From a bacterium (GTDB taxonomy: Bacteria > UBA8248): a stretch of 64,000 bases of DNA. The stretch is taken from assembly GCA_965199855.1 (NCBI GenBank), contig OZ241326.1:2016001-2080000 (forward strand), read 5' to 3'. Both the position numbers and the translations under genes were made by a program. This document shows, piece by piece, positions 8,761 to 17,726 of the stretch (the stretch's first letter is position 1; each line of letters opens with the position of its first letter). Under the pieces are notes generated by a model that was given only the letters and a program-made list of their open reading frames with translations, did not search any database and was not told where the DNA came from.

Positions 8761-11046
8761 CTACGCGCCGTTTTTCTGCTTCAGGGCGGCGAGTATCTTC
8801 TCCGGCGTTATCGGCAGCGACGTAATCCGCACGCCGACGGCGTCATGCACCGCGTTCGATATCGCGGCCGAGGTTCCCAGCTGCGCCATCTCTCCGAGCC
8901 CCTTCGCGCCGTAGGGCCCCGAGGGGTTTTCCGTTTCGATGAGCACGGCTTCGAGCTCGGGCAGATCCTGGGTCGTGGGCAGCTTGTAGTCGAGCCAGTT
9001 CGCGTTCACCGGCTGGCCGTCCTCGACCTGAAAATCCTCCGTCATGGCGTAGCCCACGCCCATGAGCGCGCCGCCGTCGAGCTGGCCCTGCGCCCCCGCG
9101 GGATTCACGATGGTTCCCACGTCGTTCGCGCTGACGATGCGCAGCACCTCGAAGGCGCCGGTTTCGGGGTCCACCTCCACCTCCGCCACCTTGGCGCCGT
9201 AGGCGTAGGCCGCGGACCAGTTGCCGTACCCCGTCACGGGGTCGGGCGCCTCGCTCGGCGAATCATACGAAGACGCCGTATAGACGGCCTCGCTGCCCTG
9301 CTTGTCGTAGATCTTCATGTAGGCTTCGGCGTGGGTCACCTGCCGCTCGGGAGAGCTCGCGACGAAAATTCTGCCCTCTCGCGCGTCCAGGTCGTTCGGG
9401 CTGCACTCGAGCAGCTCCGCCGCGCCCTTGAGGAGCATGTTCTTCGCCTCGAGCGACGCCAGGCGCGTGGCCTGGCCGTCGATGGTCGTCGTCCGGCTCC
9501 CGCGCACCCCCCATCCGTAGGGGTTCACCGAAGTGTCCCCGTTGATGATGCGGACGTCCTCCACCCGGACGCCCAGCGTCTCGGCGCAGATTTGCGCGAG
9601 GGTGGTGTCCGATCCGTTGCCCATCTCGATGGTGCCGGAGAGGAGCTGCACGGTGCCGTCCTTGTTCATCTTGATGAACGCGCCGGCCGTCTCGGGGCCC
9701 ATCGCGCGCGCGCCGGTGAAGTGCACCGCCGCGCTCAGCCCGCAACCGCGCTTCTTTCCGCCGCCGCTCTCCCGCTTCTCGCGCCAGGGCGCACGCTTGA
9801 CGGCCTCCCGGACGCACTCGGAGACGCCACAGCTCGTAATCTTCGCGCCGATGATGGTGGTGTCGCCCTTTCGCACGAAGTTCTTCACCCGGAACTCCGC
9901 CGGGTCCATGCCGATTTCCTCGGCGTGCTTCTCCATCGCGATCTCGGAGCCGAAGGAATAGCCGCCATTGCCCACCCCGCGCATCGCGCCGCCCGGCGGC
10001 ACGTTGGTATAGACCACGTCGGCGTGATGGCGGTAGGCCCTGTAGTTGTAGAGGCTCCCCCCCATGTGCGCCGTGATGGAGCCCACCACCGGGCCGTAGT
10101 CGGAGTAGCCGCCGTTTTCCACCACCATCTTCACGTCGCGCGCCAGGAGCATCCCCTCCTTGTCCGTGGCGATTCGGAAGGTGTGGAACTGCTTGGTGCG
10201 GTGCGTGCCGAGGAGAAACTCCTCCTCGCGCGTGTAATAGAATTTGACGGGGACGCCCAGCTTCTTCGCCGCGATGATGGAGAGGAAGTCGATGTTGAAC
10301 TTGCTCGTCGCCTTTCCGCCGAATCCCCCGCCCACGTAGTTCGTGACCACGCGAATCTTCGCCTCGGGAATCTTGAGGCATTTGGCGAAATACTGGCTCG
10401 AGAGGCTCGGGCACTGCGAGGAGTTGTAGACCGTCACTTCGCCCTTCTGCGACCATTCGGCGATGGAGACGTGCGCCTCGAAGGAGCCGTGCATCTGGCG
10501 CGAGGAGGAAGTGGAGAGCTCGCTTACGTGGTGGGCCTCGTCGAACATCCTGTCCACCTCGCCGAACTCCATGCGCTTCGTGAAGGCGACGTTGTTCGGG
10601 TGCGACTCATGGAGAACCGGCGCGCCCTCCCGCATGGCCTCGAAGGGATCGAAGACGGCGGGAAGCTCCTCGTAGTCCACATCGATGAGGTCGAGCGCCT
10701 CCCGGGCGGCGTCCTCGGAGGTCGCCACGACGGCCGCCACCGAGTCGCCTACGAAGCGAACCTTGTCCGTGGCGAGAGGACGCTGATCGTAGCAGACGGG
10801 AACCACGCCCCAGACCACGTCGTCGGGTATGTCCCTGGCCGTCATCACGAGCTTGACGCCGGGGAGCCTCTCGGCGCGGCCGGCGTCGATGCTCTTGATG
10901 CGCGCGTGGGGAATGGGGCTTCCCAGCAACTTGCCGTGAAGCATCCTGGGCAGGAGAAGGTCGAGGGTGTACATGGCGCGGCCCGTCACTTTTTCCGGCC
11001 CATCGACGCGCGGAACGCTTTTCCCGACGTATGCTAGATCTGTCAT
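8761..11046 (-). CDS. Xanthine-oxidase-family molybdopterin-binding large subunit (4-hydroxybenzoyl-CoA reductase alpha-like)
   Basis: VGKSVPRVDGPEKVTGRA, GGGFGGK, VYTNVPPGGAMRGVG, GPYGAKGLGE; GGAGGAG RBS before ATG 11046. Confidence 0.9.
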   Translation of the reverse strand: MTDLAYVGKSVPRVDGPEKVTGRAMYTLDLLLPRMLHGKLLGSPIPHARIKSIDAGRAERLPGVKLVMTARDIPDDVVWGVVPVCYDQRPLATDKVRFVGDSVAAVVATSEDAAREALDLIDVDYEELPAVFDPFEAMREGAPVLHESHPNNVAFTKRMEFGEVDRMFDEAHHVSELSTSSSRQMHGSFEAHVSIAEWSQKGEVTVYNSSQCPSLSSQYFAKCLKIPEAKIRVVTNYVGGGFGGKATSKFNIDFLSIIAAKKLGVPVKFYYTREEEFLLGTHRTKQFHTFRIATDKEGMLLARDVKMVVENGGYSDYGPVVGSITAHMGGSLYNYRAYRHHADVVYTNVPPGGAMRGVGNGGYSFGSEIAMEKHAEEIGMDPAEFRVKNFVRKGDTTIIGAKITSCGVSECVREAVKRAPWREKRESGGGKKRGCGLSAAVHFTGARAMGPETAGAFIKMNKDGTVQLLSGTIEMGNGSDTTLAQICAETLGVRVEDVRIINGDTSVNPYGWGVRGSRTTTIDGQATRLASLEAKNMLLKGAAELLECSPNDLDAREGRIFVASSPERQVTHAEAYMKIYDKQGSEAVYTASSYDSPSEAPDPVTGYGNWSAAYAYGAKVAEVEVDPETGAFEVLRIVSANDVGTIVNPAGAQGQLDGGALMGVGYAMTEDFQVEDGQPVNANWLDYKLPTTQDLPELEAVLIETENPSGPYGAKGLGEMAQLGTSAAISNAVHDAVGVRITSLPITPEKILAALKQKNGA

Positions 11047-11379
11047 GGATGCTCCTCCCTTGCGCGCGGCGGACGGGGCGAACGCCGCTAGACGCTTTTT
11101 CCCAGATTCGACATTCCAAGATGAATTCACAACCGCATCCGCCTTCCACGGATTCGACGAAATGCGGCGCTTTCATCCTCTCGCTTGATGATTTAGCGAT
11201 TATAGCAACTCGAAAGGCGAAACAAAACCCCAGAATACGGGCGAGGTCAACCGCCGGAGCGGACGCGCGGGAGGATTCCGCTTTTCTCCCCTCGCGCATG
11301 TGATGTATCATCCGCCACATTAGAAACTGGACGATAAGTCTTCCAGCCATTCCGAAATCATCAAGATCGGAGCGACAAA

Positions 11380-12126
11380 ATGCCGATTCGTTTTGACTTC
11401 AAGGACAGAAAGGTAATTCTCACGGGCGCGGCCGGCGCCATGGGAAGCCGCATCCTGCAAGGCTATCTGGAGGCCGGGGCCAGGGTGTTCGCCACCGACA
11501 GGGAAGGCCCCGCCTTCGACGCGATTGAGGGATCCTCCGACCAGCTCTTCAAGCTCCCCTGCGACCTGACCGACCTGGCCGCTCTCCGCGCCGCCATGCG
11601 CGAGGCGCTGGAGTGGCTGGGCGGCTGCGACGTGCTGGCCAACGTGGCGGGCTACATGCCGATTCGCCCGCCGCTCGAGCTCGAGGAGGAGGACTGGGAC
11701 TCCGTGCTGGCCGTGAATCTGCTGGCGCCCTATTTCTGCATTCAGGAAACCATCGAGGCGCTGAAGGCCTCGAGCGCCGGGCGCATCATCAGCTTCGCCT
11801 CCATCGCGGGCAAGATGGGGGGCATCGGCCCGAACCTCACCTACGCCGCCGCCAAGGCGGGCCTGCTCGCCATGACCTTCAACCTCGCGCGCGAACTCGC
11901 CAGAACGGGCGTGACGATCAACACCATCCAGCCGGGCCCGGCGGATACCGGCCTGCACTTCCAGTCGCCGCCCGAGATGCTGGAGAACGCCGCGAACGCC
12001 CACCCCATGGGCAGGCTCACGACGCCCGAGGACGTGTGGCAGACCGTCCTGTTCCTCTCGAGCGAGGAAGCCGCCCACATCAACGGCGAGGCCGTGGACG
12101 TGAACGGCGGCTTCTGGACGGACTAG
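11380..12126 (+). CDS. SDR family oxidoreductase
   Basis: TGAAGAMG, YAAAK catalytic motif, NGEAVDVNGG. Confidence 0.9.
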   Translation: MPIRFDFKDRKVILTGAAGAMGSRILQGYLEAGARVFATDREGPAFDAIEGSSDQLFKLPCDLTDLAALRAAMREALEWLGGCDVLANVAGYMPIRPPLELEEEDWDSVLAVNLLAPYFCIQETIEALKASSAGRIISFASIAGKMGGIGPNLTYAAAKAGLLAMTFNLARELARTGVTINTIQPGPADTGLHFQSPPEMLENAANAHPMGRLTTPEDVWQTVLFLSSEEAAHINGEAVDVNGGFWTD

Positions 12127-12142
12127 ACAAAGGAGCGCAGCG

Positions 12143-12988
12143 ATGCCGGCCGAAAACCCGAAAGGATACGCGAACCCGGATCTGCTCTGGTCGCCCGCGC
12201 AGCTGAAAGAGCGCATGGACGACCCGAATCTGAGAATCATCGACGCGCGCCCGGGCGAGCGCTATGCGATGGGGCACATCCCCGGGGCGCGCCACTTCAA
12301 CGTCTACGGCGTGAACAGCGACGATTCCGGCGAGGCGGCGCTCAGGAATTTTTTCAGCATGTGGGCGTTCCTGCTGGGAAACAGGGGGGTGGCGTTCGAG
12401 AACGCGATCCTCTTCTACGACGACATCGTCGGCAACACGAGCGCGCGCGGGTTCTGGATGCTCGAGCTTTTCGGGCACAAGGACGTCCACGTGCTCGACG
12501 GCGGCTACGGCGCCTGGGAGCGGGCAGGCTTCGAGACGACGCGCGACGCCGAGGTTCCCCGGCCCGCCGCCTTCGAGATGGCGTTCGAGCCGCACCGGCT
12601 GGCCACGCGGGAGGACGTGTCGTGCGCCATCGAGGACGACAACCACGCGCTGCTCGACACGCGCTCGATAGAGGAATGGGAGGCGAGGCGCGTTCTGGCA
12701 AAGCGCGGCGGCATCATCCCCGGCGCCGTCTGGCAGGAATGGCTGGCGCACCTGACGCCCGAGGGCGAGATGAAACCCGCCGACGAGCTGCGGGCGCAAT
12801 TCGAGGCGCTGGGGATTACGCCCGAAAAAGAGGTGACCGCCTACTGACAGACGGGCTACCGCGCGGCGCACGGTTATTTCGCTCTCAGGCTGCTGGACTA
12901 TCCAAAGGTGAGAAACTACATGAGTTCATGGAAGGAGTGGGGCAACCGGGAGGACACGCCCATCGCCCAGGCACCGAGCGGGAACTGA
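12143..12988 (+). CDS. Two-domain rhodanese/sulfurtransferase (SseA/TST type), probable selenoprotein (Sec235, TGA 12845-12847), 281 aa
   Basis: GHIPGA, VLDGG, LLDTRS, GIIPGA. Reading through the TGA gives the active loop Y-U-QTGYRAA and the C-terminal signature VRNYMSSWKEWG, ending at TGA 12986-12988. Confidence 0.88.
12858..12874 (+). promoter_or_regulatory. Candidate bacterial SECIS hairpin of the rhodanese
   Basis: ACCG(C)GC-GGC-GC(A)CGGT stem-loop; the G-starting apical loop begins 17 nt after the UGA. Confidence 0.55.
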
Positions 12989-13125
12989 GAGGAAGCGACT
13001 GGAAAATTCTTCCGGGAAAATGTTGGAACAGGCAGACCCGATGGGAAGCCATCGAACATTCACGGCTCGGCACATCTCTTTCGCCGAGGCCACTTTCATT
13101 CATAATGAACTTCAGGAGGTTCGCC

Positions 13126-14142
13126 ATGAAAAGAAGTCTCGTTCGCATCATTCTGTCCGCCGGCCTCGCCTGCGGCCTCTCGGCGGCTGGCTTCGCCTCG
13201 GCGGCGCCCACCCTTCGCCTCGGCGCGGCCAGCAACACCGGCGGACTGATCGTCTTCGCCGGCGTGGATAAAGGCTTCTTCGCCAAAAACGGGCTGGACG
13301 CGAAGGTCGTCGTGCGCAACACGGGCGCCCAGCTCACCAAGTCCCTCAAGGCCGGGCAGATCGACTTCGCCCCCGCCGCGTTCACCAACCTGCCGGCGGC
13401 GCTCGAGCGCGGCATCAGGGTGCGCGGCGTCGTGGGCTACGTTGGTGGCTCCTACAAGAAATCCACCACCGACGAGATGGTGGGCATCGCCGCGCGTCCC
13501 GGCTCGGGCATCAAGAGCATCAAGGACCTCAAGGGCAAGAAGATCGGCGCGACCTTCGGCTCCACCGGCGACCTCTACCTCCGCACCCTGCTGAACAAAA
13601 ACGGCATCGGCGTGGGCGGCGTCCGCCGCATCAACGTGCGCCCGCCGAGCCTCGTCTCCCTGTTCGATTCCGGCGGCGTGGACGCCATGGTGGCGTGGGA
13701 GCCCTACCTCACCCGCATGACCGACAAGGTGAAGGGCTCCTCCATCGTCTCGCGGGGCGGCGACTACGTCTGCTTCTGCGCCGGGATGCACGGCGTGCCG
13801 GAGCGCGTCTATCAAGACAAGAAGGCGACCCAGGCGTTCGTCAACGGCATGTCCGAGGCGGCCGCCTTCGTGCGCGACCCCAAGAACCGGGACGAGGTGG
13901 CCAGAATCGGCGCCCGCTACGTTCGCGGCATGGACGCCGCCCTCATCAAGCGCACCATCAAATGGTGGACCTACGATCCGCGCCTGGGCGAGAACACGCT
14001 CAAGGCCTTCAATTTCTCGGTGAAGCAGCTCATCGCCCAGAAGAAGATGAAGCGTCCTTACGACCCCCAAAAATACTTCGACTTCCAGTTCATCAACCGG
14101 ACGATGAAAGAGCGGCCGGAATGGTTCAAGGACCTGAACTAG
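13126..14142 (+). CDS. ABC transporter substrate-binding protein, NitT/TauT (SsuA/THI5-like) family
   Basis: AGGAGG RBS, signal peptide, KGFFAKNGLD, IKSIKDLKGKKIG, VDAMVAWEP. Confidence 0.88.
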   Translation: MKRSLVRIILSAGLACGLSAAGFASAAPTLRLGAASNTGGLIVFAGVDKGFFAKNGLDAKVVVRNTGAQLTKSLKAGQIDFAPAAFTNLPAALERGIRVRGVVGYVGGSYKKSTTDEMVGIAARPGSGIKSIKDLKGKKIGATFGSTGDLYLRTLLNKNGIGVGGVRRINVRPPSLVSLFDSGGVDAMVAWEPYLTRMTDKVKGSSIVSRGGDYVCFCAGMHGVPERVYQDKKATQAFVNGMSEAAAFVRDPKNRDEVARIGARYVRGMDAALIKRTIKWWTYDPRLGENTLKAFNFSVKQLIAQKKMKRPYDPQKYFDFQFINRTMKERPEWFKDLN

Positions 14143-14160
14143 TCGAACCCGCCAGATTTC

Positions 14161-14199
14161 CGCATCCGCGCCCCGGCCGTCGCCGGGGCGCGGATTGCG
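14161..14199 (+). promoter_or_regulatory. Intercistronic hairpin after the SBP gene (mRNA-stabilising or attenuating)
   Basis: ATCCGCGCCCCGGC-CGTC-GCCGGGGCGCGGAT, perfect 14-bp stem, no U-tract. Confidence 0.6.
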
Positions 14200-14221
14200 C
14201 CTGGAAAGGAAGCGGGAAGCC

Positions 14222-15010
14222 ATGCCGGCCAAACTGATCGTAGAGGGACTCTCGCACCACTACCCGGACGAATACACGGGAGAGGACGTTCACGCCCTCG
14301 AACAAGTGAGCCTCTCCGTGGAGGACGGCGAGTTCTCGGCCGTCGTCGGCCCGAGCGGTTGCGGAAAGACCACGCTGCTCAACATCCTCGCGGGCCTGCT
14401 GCCCCACACCGAGGGCAGCGTGCGGGTGGACGGCCGGGAGGTGAAGGGGCCGGGGCCGGACCGCGGCGTAGTCTTTCAGGAGCACGCGATTCTCCCATGG
14501 CGCTCCGTTGCGAGGAACATCGGCCACGGCCTCGAAATCCAGGGCGTCCCGAAAAACGAGAGAGAAAGAAGGGCTCAGGAGTTCATCGCCCTGGTCGGGC
14601 TGTCAGGCTTTGAAGACCGCTATCCGCACGAGCTCTCGGGCGGCATGAAGCAGCGTTGCGCGCTCGCGCGCACGCTGTGCGCCAACCCCGTCGTGATGCT
14701 GATGGACGAGCCCTTCGCCGCCGTGGACGCGCAGACGAGAATCACCCTGCAGGAGGAGCTGAACCGCATCGCCATCGCCACGAGAAAGACGATTCTCTTC
14801 ATCACGCACAACGTGGACGAGGCCGCGTTTCTCGGAGATCGGTGCTTCATCTTCTCGCGCCGCCCGGGGAAGCTGAAGGCCGCCGTGAAAATCGAGGTTC
14901 CGCGCGAGAAGCGCATCTGGAAAGAGCTGCTCTCCGAGAAGGCTTATACCGAGCCGCGCGATGAAATTCTCCGCCTCGTGCGCGAAGAGGTGTTCGATGA
15001 GGAGGAGTAG
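14222..15010 (+). CDS. NitT/TauT ABC transporter ATP-binding protein
   Basis: GPSGCGKT Walker A, LSGGMKQR, LMDEPF, ITH. Confidence 0.95.
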   Translation: MPAKLIVEGLSHHYPDEYTGEDVHALEQVSLSVEDGEFSAVVGPSGCGKTTLLNILAGLLPHTEGSVRVDGREVKGPGPDRGVVFQEHAILPWRSVARNIGHGLEIQGVPKNERERRAQEFIALVGLSGFEDRYPHELSGGMKQRCALARTLCANPVVMLMDEPFAAVDAQTRITLQEELNRIAIATRKTILFITHNVDEAAFLGDRCFIFSRRPGKLKAAVKIEVPREKRIWKELLSEKAYTEPRDEILRLVREEVFDEEE

Positions 15011-15821
15011 CGGAGCTGCCGCCGGAGGAGCGGCGCGCGCCGGGCGATGGAGAAAATTCGTCAAGGGAGGCGGCGTCGAGCTGCTGCTCCTCATACTGGG
15101 CATTCTGATCCTGTGGTCCGTCATCTCGCGGATCATTCCGAATCCGGACCGCTATCTCCCCTCTCCGCTTTCCGTCGTCCTCTCCTCCTACGACGTCATC
15201 TGGAAGGGTTTATTGCCAAACTACATCGGGCAGACGCTGTGGCGACTCGTCGTCGGCAGCGTCATCGGCCTGGGGTTGGGCATTCCGTTCGGGATCGCTC
15301 TGGGTCTCAACCGCACGGTGTCGGACATGTTCTATCCCATCATGAATTTCTTCCAGTCCATCTCCGGCATCGCCATCCTCCCCATCATCGTCGTCTGGTG
15401 GGGCAACAGCGAAAAGACCGTGTTCGCCGTCATCCTCTACACCTGCTTCTTCCCGATCACGTTCAACGTCCTGACGGGCGTGCGCAGCACCCCGATGATC
15501 TTGGTGAACGCCCTGCGCACCCTGGGCGCCTCGCGTCTGCGGATCGTGAAAGACGTGCTCATCCCGAGCGCCATGCCCCACATCGCCACCGGCGCGAGGC
15601 TGGGCATCGGCTACGCATGGCGCGCGGTCATCGCGGGCGAGATGCTCGCCGGCAGACGCGGCCTGGGCTGGATGATCTTCACATCCCAGGACGCGGACCT
15701 CACCGCCCAGGTGATTCTCGGAATGCTGCTGATCGGCGCCATCTGGATCATGATCGACCGCTTCGCCCTGCGCCCCATCGAAGCGGACACCATTCAGCGA
15801 TGGGGACTCGTGCAACGATGA
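14997..15821 (+). CDS. NitT/TauT ABC transporter permease 1
   Basis: Hydrophobic; EAA-like NALRTLGAS, IPSAMPHI, AGEMLAGRRGLG; start approximate. Confidence 0.88.
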   Translation: MRRSSGAAAGGAARAGRWRKFVKGGGVELLLLILGILILWSVISRIIPNPDRYLPSPLSVVLSSYDVIWKGLLPNYIGQTLWRLVVGSVIGLGLGIPFGIALGLNRTVSDMFYPIMNFFQSISGIAILPIIVVWWGNSEKTVFAVILYTCFFPITFNVLTGVRSTPMILVNALRTLGASRLRIVKDVLIPSAMPHIATGARLGIGYAWRAVIAGEMLAGRRGLGWMIFTSQDADLTAQVILGMLLIGAIWIMIDRFALRPIEADTIQRWGLVQR

Positions 15822-16678
15822 GCGTTCTCCAGGCGGCGGCCATCGGCCTGCAAAAGCGCTTCGGACGCCAGAGGCTGCGCAAAATCATGCTGGGGGCCGT
15901 CCCCTTCATCGTCCTGCTCGTTCTGTGGCGGATGAACACCGCGCTCGAATGGCTCCCGCCTGTCTTCATTCCGCCCATCGCATCGATTCGGGAGGCGATA
16001 TACACGCTCTCCGAGGGCTGCGCGGGCCTGGGCGGCGCGCTTTCCATGCAGTATGAGTGCATGTTCACCAATCATATTTTCTCGAGCCTGGGCCGCGTGG
16101 GCCTGAGCCTCGTCATCGGCATTCCCTTCGGCATCGCCTTCGGGGTGCTGGCGGGCATGAGCCGCCGCTTCGCCCACGCGCTCGAGCCCATCGGCGTGTT
16201 CGCCAACGCCATCTCGGGCATCGCCTGGGTGCCCCTGGCCATCGTCTGGTTCGGAACCGGCTGGCTCACGACGCTGTTCATCCTGCTGAACACCGTTTTC
16301 TGGCTCGTATTCTTCAATACGCTTCTGGGGGTGCGGGGGGTGCCGCGGGCGTATGAGAATTCCGTCCTGACGCTCGGCGGCGGAAGATGGGCCGTCATCT
16401 CCCAGGTCTACATCCCCGGCGCCCTGCCCAGCATCGTCCCCGGCATCCGCATGAGCATGGGCTTCGGATGGCGCGCCCTCATCGCCGCGGAGATGATAGG
16501 CGGCGACAGCGGCCTTGGCTTCATGATCTTCGTCTCCGCCGCCGAATACAAGATAGAGGAAGTGTTTCTCGGCGTTCTCGTCATCGCCGTCATCTGGATG
16601 ATCACCGACAGGCTCCTTCTCATTCCTCTTGAGAAGTGGACCATTCAGCGCTGGGGCATGGTATGGAGGCCGTCCTAG
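15818..16678 (+). CDS. NitT/TauT ABC transporter permease 2
   Basis: ATGA overlap with permease 1; PGALPSI, AAEMIGGDSGLG. Confidence 0.88.
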   Translation: MSVLQAAAIGLQKRFGRQRLRKIMLGAVPFIVLLVLWRMNTALEWLPPVFIPPIASIREAIYTLSEGCAGLGGALSMQYECMFTNHIFSSLGRVGLSLVIGIPFGIAFGVLAGMSRRFAHALEPIGVFANAISGIAWVPLAIVWFGTGWLTTLFILLNTVFWLVFFNTLLGVRGVPRAYENSVLTLGGGRWAVISQVYIPGALPSIVPGIRMSMGFGWRALIAAEMIGGDSGLGFMIFVSAAEYKIEEVFLGVLVIAVIWMITDRLLLIPLEKWTIQRWGMVWRPS

Positions 16679-16679
16679 A

Positions 16680-17057
16680 ATGAGCGATGATGCGGCAATC
16701 GTTCAGAAAAGCGCTACGGGCGAGCGCCGCCACTGGAGCAGGCACCCCACCGCGCGCTTCCTGGCCGCCAGCGCTCTGTTGTTCGCCTTGTATTACGGGT
16801 ACGGCTACGCGACGGGGCCTTCGCGCCTCACCCCCGCGCTCAAGGCGCATCTTCAGACCGGCCCGGCGAGACTCGCCCTGCTCGTCACCACGAAAGTCCC
16901 GCCGGAGGAGTTTCACGTCCGCATCTATCAGCAGTTGGGCAGCATGCGCGGAGTGAAGGGATCGACGGCGGAGCTCGTCTCCGTCACGCCCTCCAGCTTG
17001 AGAACGCTCTCCCGATACTACTGGATCGAGAAAATCGACCTGAAGCCGAAGAAATGA
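16680..17057 (+). CDS. Hypothetical membrane-anchored protein closing the ABC operon
   Basis: ATG 1 nt after the permease stop; one TM helix (FLAASALLFALYYGYG) plus a small soluble domain. Confidence 0.7.
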   Translation: MSDDAAIVQKSATGERRHWSRHPTARFLAASALLFALYYGYGYATGPSRLTPALKAHLQTGPARLALLVTTKVPPEEFHVRIYQQLGSMRGVKGSTAELVSVTPSSLRTLSRYYWIEKIDLKPKK

Positions 17058-17172
17058 AAACCAGGCCGCGCCCGACTTGCCAAAGGCGTCCATGGGCCAT
17101 GGGCGTCGCTCCTGCGTCAATCGCATGGCCCCGCTCCCGCGCGCGACGCCATGCGCCCGTTGCTTCTATTCT

Positions 17173-17598
17173 CTATTCGCGGCGCGGGCGCGTCTTCTCG
17201 AACTCTCCGTGATCCTTGCCAAGACCCGCCATCCGCCGAAAAATATCCTCATAGCCCGGCGGCGAGAACACCCAGAGCAGCTTCAAGGGAACATCGCCCG
17301 TATTCTTGAGCCCGTGCGGGACGCCCACGGGCAGGAACGCGCTCATGCCCGCTTTGACTTGAAACGTCTCGCCGTCCACTTCCACTTCGGCCTCCCCCTC
17401 GTGAAAGAAAAGGATTTCCTCCTCTTTTTCGTGAAGGTGCCGGGGGATGCCGCCGCCGACGGGAATGTCCTGGTTCCCCATGCTGAGGCCTTGCGAACCC
17501 GTCCTCTTGGGGTCAACAAGAATTCGCCAGCCCCGCGGCAGTTCTACGCCCTGCATCTCCAGTTTCTCGCCGTCGTCCCACTCGAACACGCAAGCCAT
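17173..17598 (-). CDS. Cupin domain protein
   Basis: PRHLHEKEEEILFFHEG and PVGVPHGLKN cupin motifs; GGAGGG RBS. Confidence 0.88.
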   Translation of the reverse strand: MACVFEWDDGEKLEMQGVELPRGWRILVDPKRTGSQGLSMGNQDIPVGGGIPRHLHEKEEEILFFHEGEAEVEVDGETFQVKAGMSAFLPVGVPHGLKNTGDVPLKLLWVFSPPGYEDIFRRMAGLGKDHGEFEKTRPRRE

Positions 17599-17726
17599 GC
17601 GAACGCCCTCCCGACCTTCAGGCATGACGCCTTATGCCATGACGCGCCCCGCAACCGGCGCGGCGCGAAGCGAGCCCGAAGGAGCGAATCGCGGAGGCAC
17701 CGCGTCCGAAAAGTTCAGACGACGCA

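Noticed and set aside
12361-13125. 593-aa ORF suggesting a long N-terminal extension on the ABC SBP
   Set aside because: The upstream part overlaps the rhodanese in another frame. The real start is ATG 13126, with an AGGAGG RBS and a signal peptide.
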